Below the pieces are notes generated by a model. It made no database searches. It worked only from the letters and a program-made list of their open reading frames with translations, and had not been told where the DNA came from. Of a stretch of 64,000 nucleotides of DNA, positions 12,732 through 24,413 are shown in pieces (the stretch's first letter is position 1; every line of letters starts with the position of its first letter). The translations under genes were made by a program, and so were the position numbers. The DNA is from Phyllosticta citribraziliensis (lineage: Eukaryota). The stretch lies in NCBI RefSeq assembly GCF_038025025.1, contig NW_027117340.1, forward strand, positions 1,240,001 through 1,304,000. Direction: 5' to 3'.

Positions 12732-13335
12732 CTACAGCCCAATCTGCAGGGTCTCCTGCCGCCGCAGCTCAATCTGCATTCGCTGCACCAGCATTGGTCG
12801 CCGGTGCGCCTGGGCCAGCAGCTCTTGCTGCGAGGGACCCTGGCAGTGCGCGGCCGATCCGGGCAGGGGGAAAACGATTTCGGCGCCCGGGAAGAGGAAT
12901 TGCGGCAGATACCTGCCCTCGTTCTCCCTGAGGCCGGGAGGGGGGATGAGACCGTGCTCTTGAAAGCGCGGCGCGCGGAAGGCGATTCGGCGTACCGCCA
13001 GCAACCAATGCAAGTACATGCCTGCATTACTTCCAAGTCCAGGAGGAGCCGCAGGAGCTTGCTGGTGGGGGTGCGGTGCCTGGTGACCCGGGCCATCCTC
13101 TTTGGCTGCCTGGGAGTTTGGAGGGGTGAGAAGGGGCTGAGGGTTCGGCAAAGTCCCTTGGGACGCAGCATTGTTGGGGGGCTCCATGTTCGCAAGATCG
13201 CCGATGCCGAGCTCCATGTAGATTTCGCAGAAGCGGTTTTGCATTATCAGTCCCAAGCTGGCGTCGGAGAGAGCAGCCCTGCAAAGGTCAGTCATCTGCC
13301 GGTGTCAGGGAGTCAACATTGTGTTGGGCTTACAT
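12732..13335 (-). pseudogene. Possible orphan Pro/Gln-rich gene, interrupted by an in-frame TAG
   Basis: 187-aa ORF with an upstream GTAAGC...CTGAC...CAG intron-like segment that would split the ATG (AT|G). The frame continues past the TAG at 12732 (…QIGL*QEQQQMPPP) to 12276. No recognisable domain. Confidence 0.3.
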
Positions 13336-14901
13336 GAGGTGCGATATTGTTTGAGGAAGAGTATTGTTGGTGGTGGGGGTGGTGTTGTTGTAGAGGTCTT
13401 GGGTGAGGTTGTCTTGTCGTTGTCGTTGTCGTTGTCGCTGTCGCTTCTGAATAGGCAATTAACTTCTTCTGATGGCGAGGAGCATAGACACGCAGGAAGC
13501 CGCAGGCCCTTCTTTATACACGAGCGGAGACTCCGCTGGATCACTCCCCCAACACTTGAGCCTGGACGGTCAAAAGCTGAATTGATCTAAGGTTACCAGT
13601 ATCAAGAACTTGATGTCTTGGTTTGGGCGGTCCGAAGCTGAATACATCACATGCCCCCCAACAGCAAAAGCTCTCACTCTCTGGTTATTAAATCACACTC
13701 CTGATCGCAAAATTGAAAGCTCTAAGCCCGGATGTTAAACAATCCGCTCCATATTCGCCAAAGAAAACAGCAATTCAAGGAGTTGTTGCCAACTTCCCCT
13801 GAAAGTTCCGTTGCCTTCTCCGTGGATATGCACAGCGTTCTCAAGCACACTTCACGACAGAATCAACTGCAAATCTTTCTCAATCAGTGGCTCGATACGT
13901 CTCCTTGGTTGAACACAACCACACAACACTGAAGCCGTTGGTAGGGTAACGGGCTTCTGTCGTGTTGGGGATGCAACTCTGGATTTCAGGAGGCTAGCGC
14001 CACCAATCCAATCCGTCCGGTGTCCGCACTGGACAACAGTGGCAGTTCAGGCGCAACGAGAATGGATCACTTGCCACCAGATCACTCGCCTTCAGATCAC
14101 TTGCCGTCACATCAATTGCCATGAAAGCATGCTGCTAGTTCAAAATGATATCACTGCAACAAGGGCGCATCGAACTTTGGTAGAGATTCAGATTATGGTC
14201 AATAAGCTTCGCTTTCTACTTCCAGAAACGGTGCGGTATCTCGCATCAAATATTGGTCAGTCGCGCAAGCACACTTTGAAATTCAAGGTCTACGCCGTCA
14301 ACGACGCTCTTTCATTTTCAAAAGAGTCTCAATCTATTGTAAGACCACGGCATCAACAATTGCAGATGTGAGTTGGGGCACGCCGAACATTCAGACTTTG
14401 GGCGACTAGCGCCAACCGCACCAGACAGCCTTTGACGCTTCCAAGTGTTCACAGATGGTGCAAGTATGTCTGAACATGTCGTGTGAGAACCGGGAAAGCT
14501 AGAGATGCGTAGTTGAAGAAAGAAAAGTGTAGCCAAAACTTCGCTCGCTGCATCGGTCAAACGATCAGGGTCTGTGGAGCGAGGAGGAAACTCTCCGCTG
14601 ACGTGAGGATGGACCCTTTGCGCTGATACTAACCCACGACCTCTCGCACGCGAGAGTCAGCTTTCTGGAACAGTCTGAAAATCTTTGAAGCCAAACGACA
14701 GTGATATTTGAATCGCGGCGTGAGCAAGTCCCTTACACGTGGCCGCAAAAAACTGACGCGTGACAAGAAGGCGGATTATGTGAGCTTACATTGTCTCAAG
14801 CGTGGATTTTTTTATTTTTTTTGGCACAGAAGCCAGCAAAATAGCTTTTGCATATGAAGAATTGCGACTTGTACCTACCACTAAGCGGGAGACTCGCAAA
14901 C

Positions 14902-14986
14902 GGGTTGGTGGTGTAGTGGTAACGCGTGCCGTGGCAACAACAGTCCCGTCCACGGCAAGTCCCAGGTTCAAGTCCTGGCCGACCTT
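14902..14986 (+). tRNA. tRNA-Cys(GCA) with a 14-nt intron (14938-14951) and atypical G33
   Basis: Acceptor stem GGGTTGG/CCGACCT, D arm GTGT-AGTGGTA-ACGC, anticodon stem TGCCG/CGGCA, loop TG-GCA-A[intron]A, T arm CCAGG-TTCAAGT-CCTGG, discriminator T73 and a downstream T-run. Confidence 0.85.
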
Positions 14987-15957
14987 GCTTTCTTTTGGCT
15001 TTGGCTCTTTTCAACCCTATTTGTCCTGATTGATTGGGCATCGGGCGGTGGATGGTGGTTGTGGTAGCGATTATCCGTGCGTGTCCAGACGGTCGACAAG
15101 AGCCATTTTTTGCTTCTGAGATTTACCAGCGATAAAGCTGGAACTCACCAGAGATACGCAGGCCGCAGTGGGATGCGGTATGCTCACGCGCGCTATGTTG
15201 CTCTGTTGGATCCCTGGTAGGTGATTTGGGAGACTGCTCACGCGTCGGGTCGGTTGTTGGTCTTGAGAGCGATTCATCCCTGGGCTTTTTTTCAAAAACG
15301 ACACAATTTTTTGGCGGAAATTTTTGGAGGCATCTTGGCGCATGGATGGTGGCTCCAGGGGGCAAGTTTTGGGTTTCGTTGCGTGTTTGTGGAGCGCGGA
15401 CGCGTTCCCTGGGTCAGCACTACGTGTGAACTCATCGCGGCCCGATCCAGGAGAGTAAGCAGAGCACATGCTCTTTTCTGACAGGCTGCTTTTTCTGTCT
15501 GTGGCAACTGGGGCTCTGGACTATCTTTTTTGCAACTCGTCAATAGATCAGGACGTTCACCTAGGGCCAGGGGTAATCCAAGTGTTTCAGGGGTACTTTC
15601 TTCTGTTTTGTTCTTGATCCTTCAGCACGGCTGAATACTGGAACATGTCAAAGTTTGCCCCTGCGAAATCGCTTTGGCGAGGAGTGGTGTAAAAAGGCTT
15701 CTCACGATTTCGCCTCGCCCCGCCGAGCAGCTGCGGTTGCGACGCATTGTGTAGGAAACAAAAACGATTGCCAATGAGCGAAAATTAGAATGCTTTATTT
15801 GCGCCAGCCGGTGACGTTGTTCCGTACATTTCAGCACGAATAGTGGGTATCTGAGTGGATGAACAATGCACTGTGGTCTTGTAGCATCAAGAAAAGTCCC
15901 AAAGCGCCTCGCTGTGTCCGATGTAAATGCCAAACTCCAAACACACCAAGGGTATCT

Positions 15958-16503
15958 TCAAACGCCCATAGCAGGCCGACTACGCTTGGGCAGTGTCCAT
16001 GGTTTCGCGCAAACGACCTTGGGCAGAGTCAGCGAGAAGTCAACGGGGAAGCAGAAAAAATGAACGTACCTCGCCTTCGCTGTAAGCCCAAAAGTAAACG
16101 ATCATGCCGATGATGTAGTACAGACCGGCATTTGTGCCTTGGTATAGGAGCAAAGCCGCGAGGGTGCTCAAGGGATAAACGACCAATCGGGCTTCCATAG
16201 ATCTGTGGAGAGCCGATCCGGCCAGAAAGCTGAGGGGCCACTCCCAAGCAAAGCCTAGTAAACCGAGAAGGAGGTTGATTATTTGCAGTGCAGGAACTGG
16301 CTTTACTGCTCCATCGAGATTGCGGGTCAAAAAGTCCCAAAATATCTTTGGCCAAAAGAAGCCCTCGATGGACGCGCCAACTTGATCTAGAGTAATCATG
16401 TCAGAGAAAGAGACGATGTAAGAAATTTTTTGAGTGGAGACGTACAGGCGGCAGCTGTGAGCATGATCAAGCGAGCCCAGTGGTTCTTGATTAATTTGCC
16501 CAT
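15958..16503 (-). CDS. noxD: NADPH oxidase subunit NoxD / PRO41 / HAM-6 (p22phox-like ER membrane protein)
   Basis: Exons 16503-16446, 16386-16070 and 16017-15958 give MGKLIKNHWARLIMLTAAAYQVGASIEGFFWPKIFWDFLT...WEWPL...YFWAYSEGEVVCAKPWTLP, the PRO41/NoxD signature as recalled. Confidence 0.92.
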
Positions 16504-18586
16504 GTCGAGAATGGTTGGCGAGAGTAGCAGGGGCGTAAAGGCAGCTACTTGATGATGAGGAGCAAAGACATTAGCAATATATCATTGACGAGGCGTTGGG
16601 GCTTGGGTAAGCCGAGTAGTGTGAAGGGCGCCGAGTCTCAGGACTGCGATTGACCGTCACAGCAAAGAAGTGGGCGTTGGAAGTATTTTGGATGGATGGA
16701 GCATGCATGCGAGGTGGGGGTGCTAAGCGCTGGGGCTGGTGCGCAGGCCGACGCGCCAGGGGAACCAGCAAATCACGGCCGCCCTCTTCCCTCACCACCA
16801 CCATGTCACATCCACATCCGTCGACGTGACACCCGCCCTGGAACTGCAGCCGCTCATTGGCCCCGCTGCCCGTCGCTCTCTCTTGCCATGCCATGTCTTG
16901 TCACCTCCACATCACCAAGGCCAAGCTGAGGCTTGACCTGTCAAGAGCCTCGCCCGCCCGCCGCGTCGCCTGAGGACTCGCTCTCTCCATCGCAAAACAC
17001 AACACGATGAAGCCACTACAGACGCTCAATCTTCCACGTCTTGGGCATGATGAAATCACACTGGCCATTCCTCGCACTCTCCATTGACAACGGCGCGGCC
17101 ACATCTCCAACCAACCTGCCAGAACGTGTCAGCTCCCTCGACAAGAGGCTTGGGCCTTGGCTCGGCCGTACGCACCCTCTTTTGTCAGCACGATGCCTGA
17201 CTATGCTGGTTCCAGTGATATTGGAACAGTTTTCGCGTGCCCGCATCGTGCATCATGTCGGCGCCTACAGGCTGCGTGCCGTTGGCTGCGGTCCAACGAG
17301 TGGTCAGGAACAGCTGCAGGCATTGTCCACCGCCTTCCACAACCTCTCAAGCGCCCATAGCAAACAGCTGCTCTGCCACGCAATCGAGACATGATGTGGT
17401 CCAAGGGTGCTGCACGCTGCTCCACTTCTATCGGTTGTCCGTCTTCTGCATACTCCGTGTCATCAAGACTTCTCTGCACCAGCTCCTCCAAACACCCCAA
17501 ACTTAGCGTCGTCGTCTGCATAAACCGCTGTACTCTTCTCGGTATATCGGCCCATTCGTCACCCGTGGTGTTTGCACGCAAATCCAGGATTGTTTCGAAC
17601 GACCGTCTACATACCTCGACTACGGTTTCGTATACCAGCCCGGGACCGAGCTTTGGGCAAGTCAACAGAGCCTCGCCTCGAACATCCTCGTGTACTTTGG
17701 GGAAAGCAACCGGCAGCTTTGCGCCCGCAAGAGACCCGGCCGGATAGGCATCGGAAAGAGCCCAGCACGAATCCTTCGAGAAGCGCCTAACCCAAGAACT
17801 CGGCCGCGACAATCACAAGGAATCTCAACATCACATCGACACCGATTCAACGTCGCCAAGGTGGTCCAAGAGTAGGCGAAAATTGGGAAACGGTCCGCCA
17901 GAGCCTCAGTTCGCCGCAATCAAGAGCTTGGAATCACAAATCGTCGCGTCAGGATTGGATAGATTGTTCAAAACATCCTCCGCATCATGGGTATCGAGTG
18001 TCAGTCGCAGACTTGACACAACCTTCCGACGGCAACGCGATTCCCAAGGCTGCTAGTCCTCCCCGCTTCCCGCATTCCAATACACGCTACCGCCTGTTTG
18101 ACGACGCAGTCATCGTCATCCCGCTCCTCACCCCACACCATCAGGGGAATCAGCTAATCATAGCGGCTGCGGCTCTTCACGTCAACTCAAGCCAAGCTTT
18201 TCCAAGAAACGGCCATCCCTGTTCAAACACCTTTTGGAAGACTATACTGGGCATAATTCTTCGTAAGCAGTAGCGTATGATCGGCGCGTGACTGCACGGC
18301 CGAGACAGTCAGCACATCCTGAACGGAGCAACAAAGATTCTGTACCTTGTGCCTGTGAGGAGTTTTTTCGAAGCTCTGCTCGCCCAAATACCTCCTCCGT
18401 ATTCTTTTGGCAGGGCATTGCGTCAACACTTTGCGCCGTGTCATCTTTTGGATCTTGGACCAAATCTTGGGCGACAGCAATCTTTCGCCTTGCTTTCGAT
18501 CTTTGGTTCTTGACCATCCGACAAAGCACCTCTTTTCGTGAGGCCAAGCCTAGGAGTCTCTCGATTCCCAATCTATAAGACTCGTA

Positions 18587-20372
18587 ATGGTGGTTCAACA
18601 GCAGAAGAAGAGCTGGAAAGCTCATTTTGAACCCAGGAAATTGGTATTCTACTTTTTGTTTTACGGTTTCCACATAGCGATCTTTGCAGTAGGATGGTAA
18701 GTCACCGCAGGCGCCGAATGCGTCAATCACTCGACTGACATGAGTAGGTGGAAACAAGCAAAAGACGAGCGTCTCGCCGCACTCAACAAACTCAAATGGT
18801 CTGTGTGGATATCTCGAGGAGCTGGCCTAGTTTTGTCAGTGGACACGCTCCTCATTCTTCTTCCCATGTGTCGGACACTACTTCGAGTTGTTCGTCCAAA
18901 GGTCAGATGGCTCCCCTTGGATGAGTCTCAATGGTTCCATCGACAAGTTGCCTATGCCTTGCTTGTCTTTACCGTCATCCACACTGCCGGACACTACGTC
19001 AACTTCTTCAACGTCGAAAAAACCCAGGTCAGACCCGAAATCGCGCTCCAAATTCACTACACCCAAGCCGGAGGCATAACCGGACACATTATGCTCCTCT
19101 GCATGCTCTTAATATACACGACTGCTCATCATCGCATCCGCCAACAATCCTACGAGACCTTTTGGTATACGCATCACCTCTTCATTCCATTTCTCCTGGG
19201 CATGTACACACACGCGACGGGATGTTTCGTCCGAGATACAACAGATCCAATTTCACCTTTTGCGGGGAAGCCATTCTGGAACCACTGCCTCGGCTACGAA
19301 GGCTGGCGATGGGAGCTCGTAGGCGGCGCAATTTATCTCATTGAACGTATCGCGCGCGAAATTAGAGCGCGCAGGGAAACGACAATCACCAAAGTGATTC
19401 GCCACCCATACGGTAAGCTTTGCGAAAATACACTGTTTCAAATGACGAAACTAATCCGCTTCAGATGCCGTCGAGATTCAATTCGTCAAACCATCGTTCA
19501 AATACAAGCCCGGGCAGTGGCTCTTCATCAATTGTCCAGCTGTTTCTTACCACCAATGGCACCCATTCACCATTACGTCCTGCCCGTTCGACCCGTACGT
19601 CAGTATCCATGTTCGGCAGGTCGGAGACTGGACTCGCGCTCTGGCCGATGCGCTTGGTGCTGGTCCCGCGCAAGCCAAACTCTATGACGACATGGATCCA
19701 ATGGGCATGTACGAAGTGGCGCTCCAACACGGCCAAGAGATGCCCAGTATCCGTATCGATGGGCCCTACGGAGCACCTGCCGAAGACGTTTTCGACAACG
19801 AAATCGCAGTGCTCATCGGCACCGGCATCGGCGTGACGCCATGGGCATCCATTCTCAAGAACATCTGGCACCTGCGACTATCGCCCAACCCGCCGCGCCG
19901 TCTCCGTCGCGTCGAATTTATCTGGGTCTGCAAAGACACTTCATCCTTCGAATGGTTCCAGGCGCTGCTGTCCAGCCTGGAATCGCAGACTCTCAACTCC
20001 GCCGTGCCCAAGTCTCCGCTCGCGCCCACCGACGACACAGATTTCCTCCGCATCCACACGTACCTGACAGCACGCGTCGACGTCGACACGGCCAATAACA
20101 TCGTTCTCAACTCCGTTGGTACCGACAAAGACCCCCTTACAGAACTGCGCAGCCGCACAAACTTTGGCCGCCCCGACTTTCGAAAACTGCTTGCCGGCAT
20201 GCGCGACGGCATCATGAGTCGTACGTACATGACGGGCTTGGAAGCGACGCTGCGAACAGACGTGGGAGTCTACTTCTGCGGTCCGAGCGGCGCGGCGAAA
20301 GAGATTCGGAAAGCTTGCGCGGGAGCGACGTCGAGCGACGTGCGGTTCAAGTTTTGGAAAGAGCACTTCTAG
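18587..20372 (+). CDS. noxA: NADPH oxidase catalytic subunit NoxA/Nox1 (gp91phox homologue)
   Basis: Exons 18587-18696, 18748-19412 and 19465-20372. Motifs WISRGAG, heme His WFHRQ/HTAGH/YTHH, FAD WHPFTITS, NADPH GTGIGVTPW, YFCGP and C-terminal KEHF. The short N-terminus fits NoxA rather than NoxB. Confidence 0.96.
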
Positions 20373-20828
20373 CGTAGGGACTGGATTGTGAGAAAGGAGT
20401 CCCAGTGGCAGGTCACTGATGCGTTTGACGACCTTGTACGACTTTTGCTTTGATCTCGTATCCATCTTGCGGGTTTTGTCTCAATTTTTCTCTTTGGTAG
20501 CAGCATGGCATAGCGTACTGGCTTTATTGTGGAATGAGACTGGGGTAACATGTGACTTTCACCCATATCTAAATCTTGTCCAAATTCCTTATTCATCGTC
20601 TGATGTTTCGTTTGGGAACTTGCAGGCAGCTTATCTCGACAAGAACTGTGCACTATGAGTGCTATTGACACAGCCACTTTCAGGGATGTGTGAGATGTAT
20701 GGATGTTGAGGTCAGGGTGATCTGTAGGAAACCACCTAAGAAATTGGCAAAAGATGCTTGAAAGCTCCTGATCCAGCCACAAAGGTCTAAATCGAAATGT
20801 GCGAAAGCATTTCCTCTACTCCATCCTC

Positions 20829-22070
20829 TCACTCCAGCTCACTCTTGACCTCGCGCAGCCATCCAAAATCATCTTCAGCTGTTCCCTGCTGTCTCGCAAA
20901 AATGGCCTGCAGCAGGCGGTTGCGGTACTTTCCGCCGTCGGTACCGGCGTCAGGATACTCGAACTTGTCGTTTGTGGAGTGGCAGGTGATGGAAGAGATG
21001 GAGACGAGTGCCGCCGCAGTGCCAGCAGCGCAGACTTCGGAGAATTCTGCGAGCTCCTTGTACAGGATCTGCGTAATTGAAGGTCAGAGCCATCCCTCAT
21101 CAATGTCTGTGTGAACTCACAGATCTCTTCTCGACCTTCCAGCCCCAGCTCTCCGCGAGCTCAACGCACGTCTTGCTCGTGATGCTGGCGATTGCGTTCT
21201 TGGTATCCGGAATACACATAATGACGCTGCCATCAGCTTCCTCCTTGATACCAATGAAGCCACTGGTGCTAAACTCCTCAACCTCCGTCCTCGTCTTGCT
21301 ATCCAGATGCAGCGTCATGGGAAAGCCCATCTTATACGCCTTCGCGCTCCAGGGGATGACGGGCGCATAGTTGCCGCCGACCTTTGCACCACCGGTGCCG
21401 CGCGGCGCCGCGCGGTCAAACTCCTCCATGACCAGGCACGGCAGCGGCTTGAGGCCGTGGTAGGGCGGCGAGGGCTGCACGAAGACGACGAGCCTGAACT
21501 CGGCAGGCGGGCTCAGCTGCAGTTGCGGCCCCGAGCCGAAGCACAGCGGCCGGATGTACATGGCGGCGCCGCTGCCGTGCGGAGGGACGTACTCGGCGTT
21601 GCGCCAGACGGCCATGTTGACGCAGCGGAGGAAGTGCGAGGCGGGCACGGGAGGAATCAGCACCGCAGAGGCAGAGTGCTGCATGCGCTTTGCGTGCTCG
21701 TCTGGGCGGAAGATGTTGATTTTGCCCTGCGGGTCGCGGAAAGCTTTCAGGCCTTCGTAGATTTGTTGGCCATAGTTGAGGCCAGGCGCGAGTCCATGGA
21801 TGCGTAGGTAGGGGTCAGACACAAATTCGGGCGTGGACCACTCTCCAGTGGCGAGGCTGAATGTTGACTCTACGTGGCCGTTGCTGTGGTCGTAGGTAAA
21901 GTTCATCTTCTCCCAGTCTGAAAAGGTCAGTCATGGGCTTTCGAAAATATTTCGCCGGAGCTTTACTCACCAACTTTGCTCGTTGGCTTGGGCGTTTCAA
22001 CTACATCTGCAGTCGGTTGCTCCATAGGGAGCGATGCAACTTCCTCAGATTCAAAAGAAACGGGGGCCAT
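20829..22070 (-). CDS. Class IV PLP aminotransferase (branched-chain amino-acid aminotransferase-like)
   Basis: Motifs LNYGQQIYEGLKAFR, IFRPDEH, YIRP, AKVGGNY (PLP lysine), EEFS and AAGTAA. Introns at 21970..21918 and 21120..21069. Confidence 0.93.
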
Positions 22071-22499
22071 TTCGCAAGAGCGTTGTAGTTTCAAAGTCAG
22101 AGAGTCCGTGACTTGATTGCGAAACTCGAATTTCACGACAAAATAGTCTGAATTTATCTGCAAAGCGATTTCAAGACGAACATGTCGGTTGTAGATGGGG
22201 CTGAGATGCTATTTGCGGATATGGACCGGCGTTACTGTCCGAGGGGGCCAGCCCTGCACTCCGGTCAGCAGGGCTGGGCGAAGCATCGCATTTTCACCAC
22301 CCGGGCACTATTAGGGAAATAAGGGTCTCCTGATTGGTTTCCGAACGAGACTGAGCATACCAACTACAGGAGAGGATGAGAACGCACAAAAAGGAAAGAT
22401 GTTCTCACAAGTTTTCCAGACCATCAACTCACTCACCTTCTTCCAATCTCCCCCTTTCCAACCATTTCACTCTGTTTCAAAGCCTCAGCCTCTTCGAGA

Positions 22500-24413
22500 A
22501 TGTCGTCCAACGAGCTCTGGGCGGTGGTACTGTCCAAGGCACAGGTCAAGTCGCACGGACTGGGAAAGGCATTCTCAAAGGCCCTACCGCACCTCACGAT
22601 CTCTAAGTCGGTGGCACCTGCGACCATTGGCACCGCTGTCAGTGCTGTTGCCCTCTTGCTCTTTGTCGCAGTGGTCTTGTACAAGAATCCACAGATCATC
22701 AGTGCTGTCTTGCACGTAAGTAGGAGAAGACGGTTTTCGAATCTTTTGCTAAGTGGTTCCCGCAGCCCTACCTTGATTGGTCGACGAAAATCAAGACTGC
22801 AGATGGCAAAAAGACAATGGAGGGCCCCAAGTACCAATGGCCACACGGAAACACTCTGGAAAAGTTCTTTGACCACAGGAAGAAGAGCGATGAGTGGATG
22901 AAGGAATACGGCAAGACCTACCGCATTTGGGCCGGCACATTCAGCGAAGTGTAAGTTTCTTGTACGATACAATCTGGCTTTGACTCACGAATGCCTCAGG
23001 GTAATCACCACTCCTGAAGATGTCGCCAACTTCTTCAGCGACGCGAGCCAGCACCGCAAGACCTTCACCACTCGCGGCGGCTGGGCGCTCACCAACGTCA
23101 TGGGCCACGCAGTCGGCTTCATCAGCGGTGATCGCTGGCGCGAGGTGCGCAAGAGCGTCGACCCGCTTCTCACCAACACCATTGCGATGCGCCAAATGAG
23201 CCAGATCAACCAGTCCGGTCAAGAGTTTGTCGAGACCATCCGTGAATCGCGCATCGACTCCGGATCCGACACCGACAAGAGCTTCGTGATCGACGCCGCC
23301 AAAACGCTTATGCCTTTCCCGTTGATGGAGACATCGCGCGTGCTCTTTGGAGACATGTCGGCCGCGGAGAAGAAGGAGTTGTGGGACATTGGTCAGATCT
23401 TTATGCTCATCTCCATCACGACGCTCAAGGCTGGTCTCGCTCGCAGAAGGCCGACGCGCATGATGTACACGCCGTTCCAGTATGGCATTGGTCTCGAATA
23501 CTCGAAGCGCTGGAAGGCGTGGAACATGATGATGCGGTCGGCTCGCTTCGACAGGCCCGAACTCCCCATCATGAAGCTGTGGAAGGATGTTGCTCTTGGA
23601 AAGATTACCGAGGACGAGGTGAGACTATGATCATTTGCCAATCGCCCGACTTTACACTGACATGAAAATCAGCTTCTTCAGACGGTCGCCGAGGCCACTT
23701 ACGCCAACCTGGATATCACTGCTCATGTTCTCGTCTCTGCTTGCATCATGTTGGCCGATGCCGTCGACGTGCAGAAAGACCTTGTTGCCGAAATCGACGC
23801 CAACAGGCACGACCAACAGAAATACCTGGCGCGCAAGGACACTCTTCTCCACTTCATCATTCTCGAGTCGCTGCGCCTGCAGCCTACGCTACCGTTTTCG
23901 TTCCCTGAAGAGGCTACCGTCGACAAGGTCCTTGGCGGCTACTTCATTCCCAAGGGGGTACGTGTCTGAGTGTTCTCCTGGTGGCACCCTTTCTAATCAA
24001 TACATCTGTAGACCAGCGTCGTCAGCGACACGTACGGCATCAACATCCGCAACCCCTTCTGGGGCGCCGACAGCAAGCAGTACCGCCCGATGCGGTTCCA
24101 GGGTCTTACCCAGAATGACGTACGTCGACCCAAGCCTCCATGGTCTACTGAATAGCTCACTCGAACATGACTGACTTTGGCTCAAAAGCTCCGCTACAAC
24201 CTCTACACCTTTGGCTACGGCTCGCGCAAGTGCATGGGCCAGTTCTTTGCGGACAAGCAGCTGCGCTCCGTTCTTATGCACCTGTACGACAACTACGAGG
24301 TACTGTGCAAGGACGATTCCAAGGTCGAAGGCGCTTTTAAGACGGATAAGAGCACGTGGGTCGGCATGTTTGACGTCGAGCTGCTCTTGAAAGAAAGGCC
24401 CGCGAGGTTTTGA
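22500..24413 (+). CDS. Cytochrome P450 monooxygenase, GliC-like
   Basis: N-terminal TM segment, PKYQWPHG...YGKTYRIWAG, I-helix AEATYANLDIT, ExxR (ESLR) and heme motif FGYGSRKCMG. Introns at 22716-22765, 22951-22999, 23619-23672, 23958-24011 and 24120-24188. Confidence 0.92.

Noticed and set aside
12360..13337. 325-aa plus-strand ORF as an intact gene
   Set aside because: Only the first ~70 codons resemble gypsy pol; the remainder looks like the antisense shadow of the minus-strand frame.
15300..15330. AATTTTTGG Sm-site-like motifs
   Set aside because: No U1, U2, U4 or U5 signature sequences nearby.
17201..17812. 203-aa minus-strand ORF between noxD and noxA
   Set aside because: It starts at TTG directly after a stop, has no early in-frame ATG and no recognisable domain. 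A decayed gene cannot be fully excluded.
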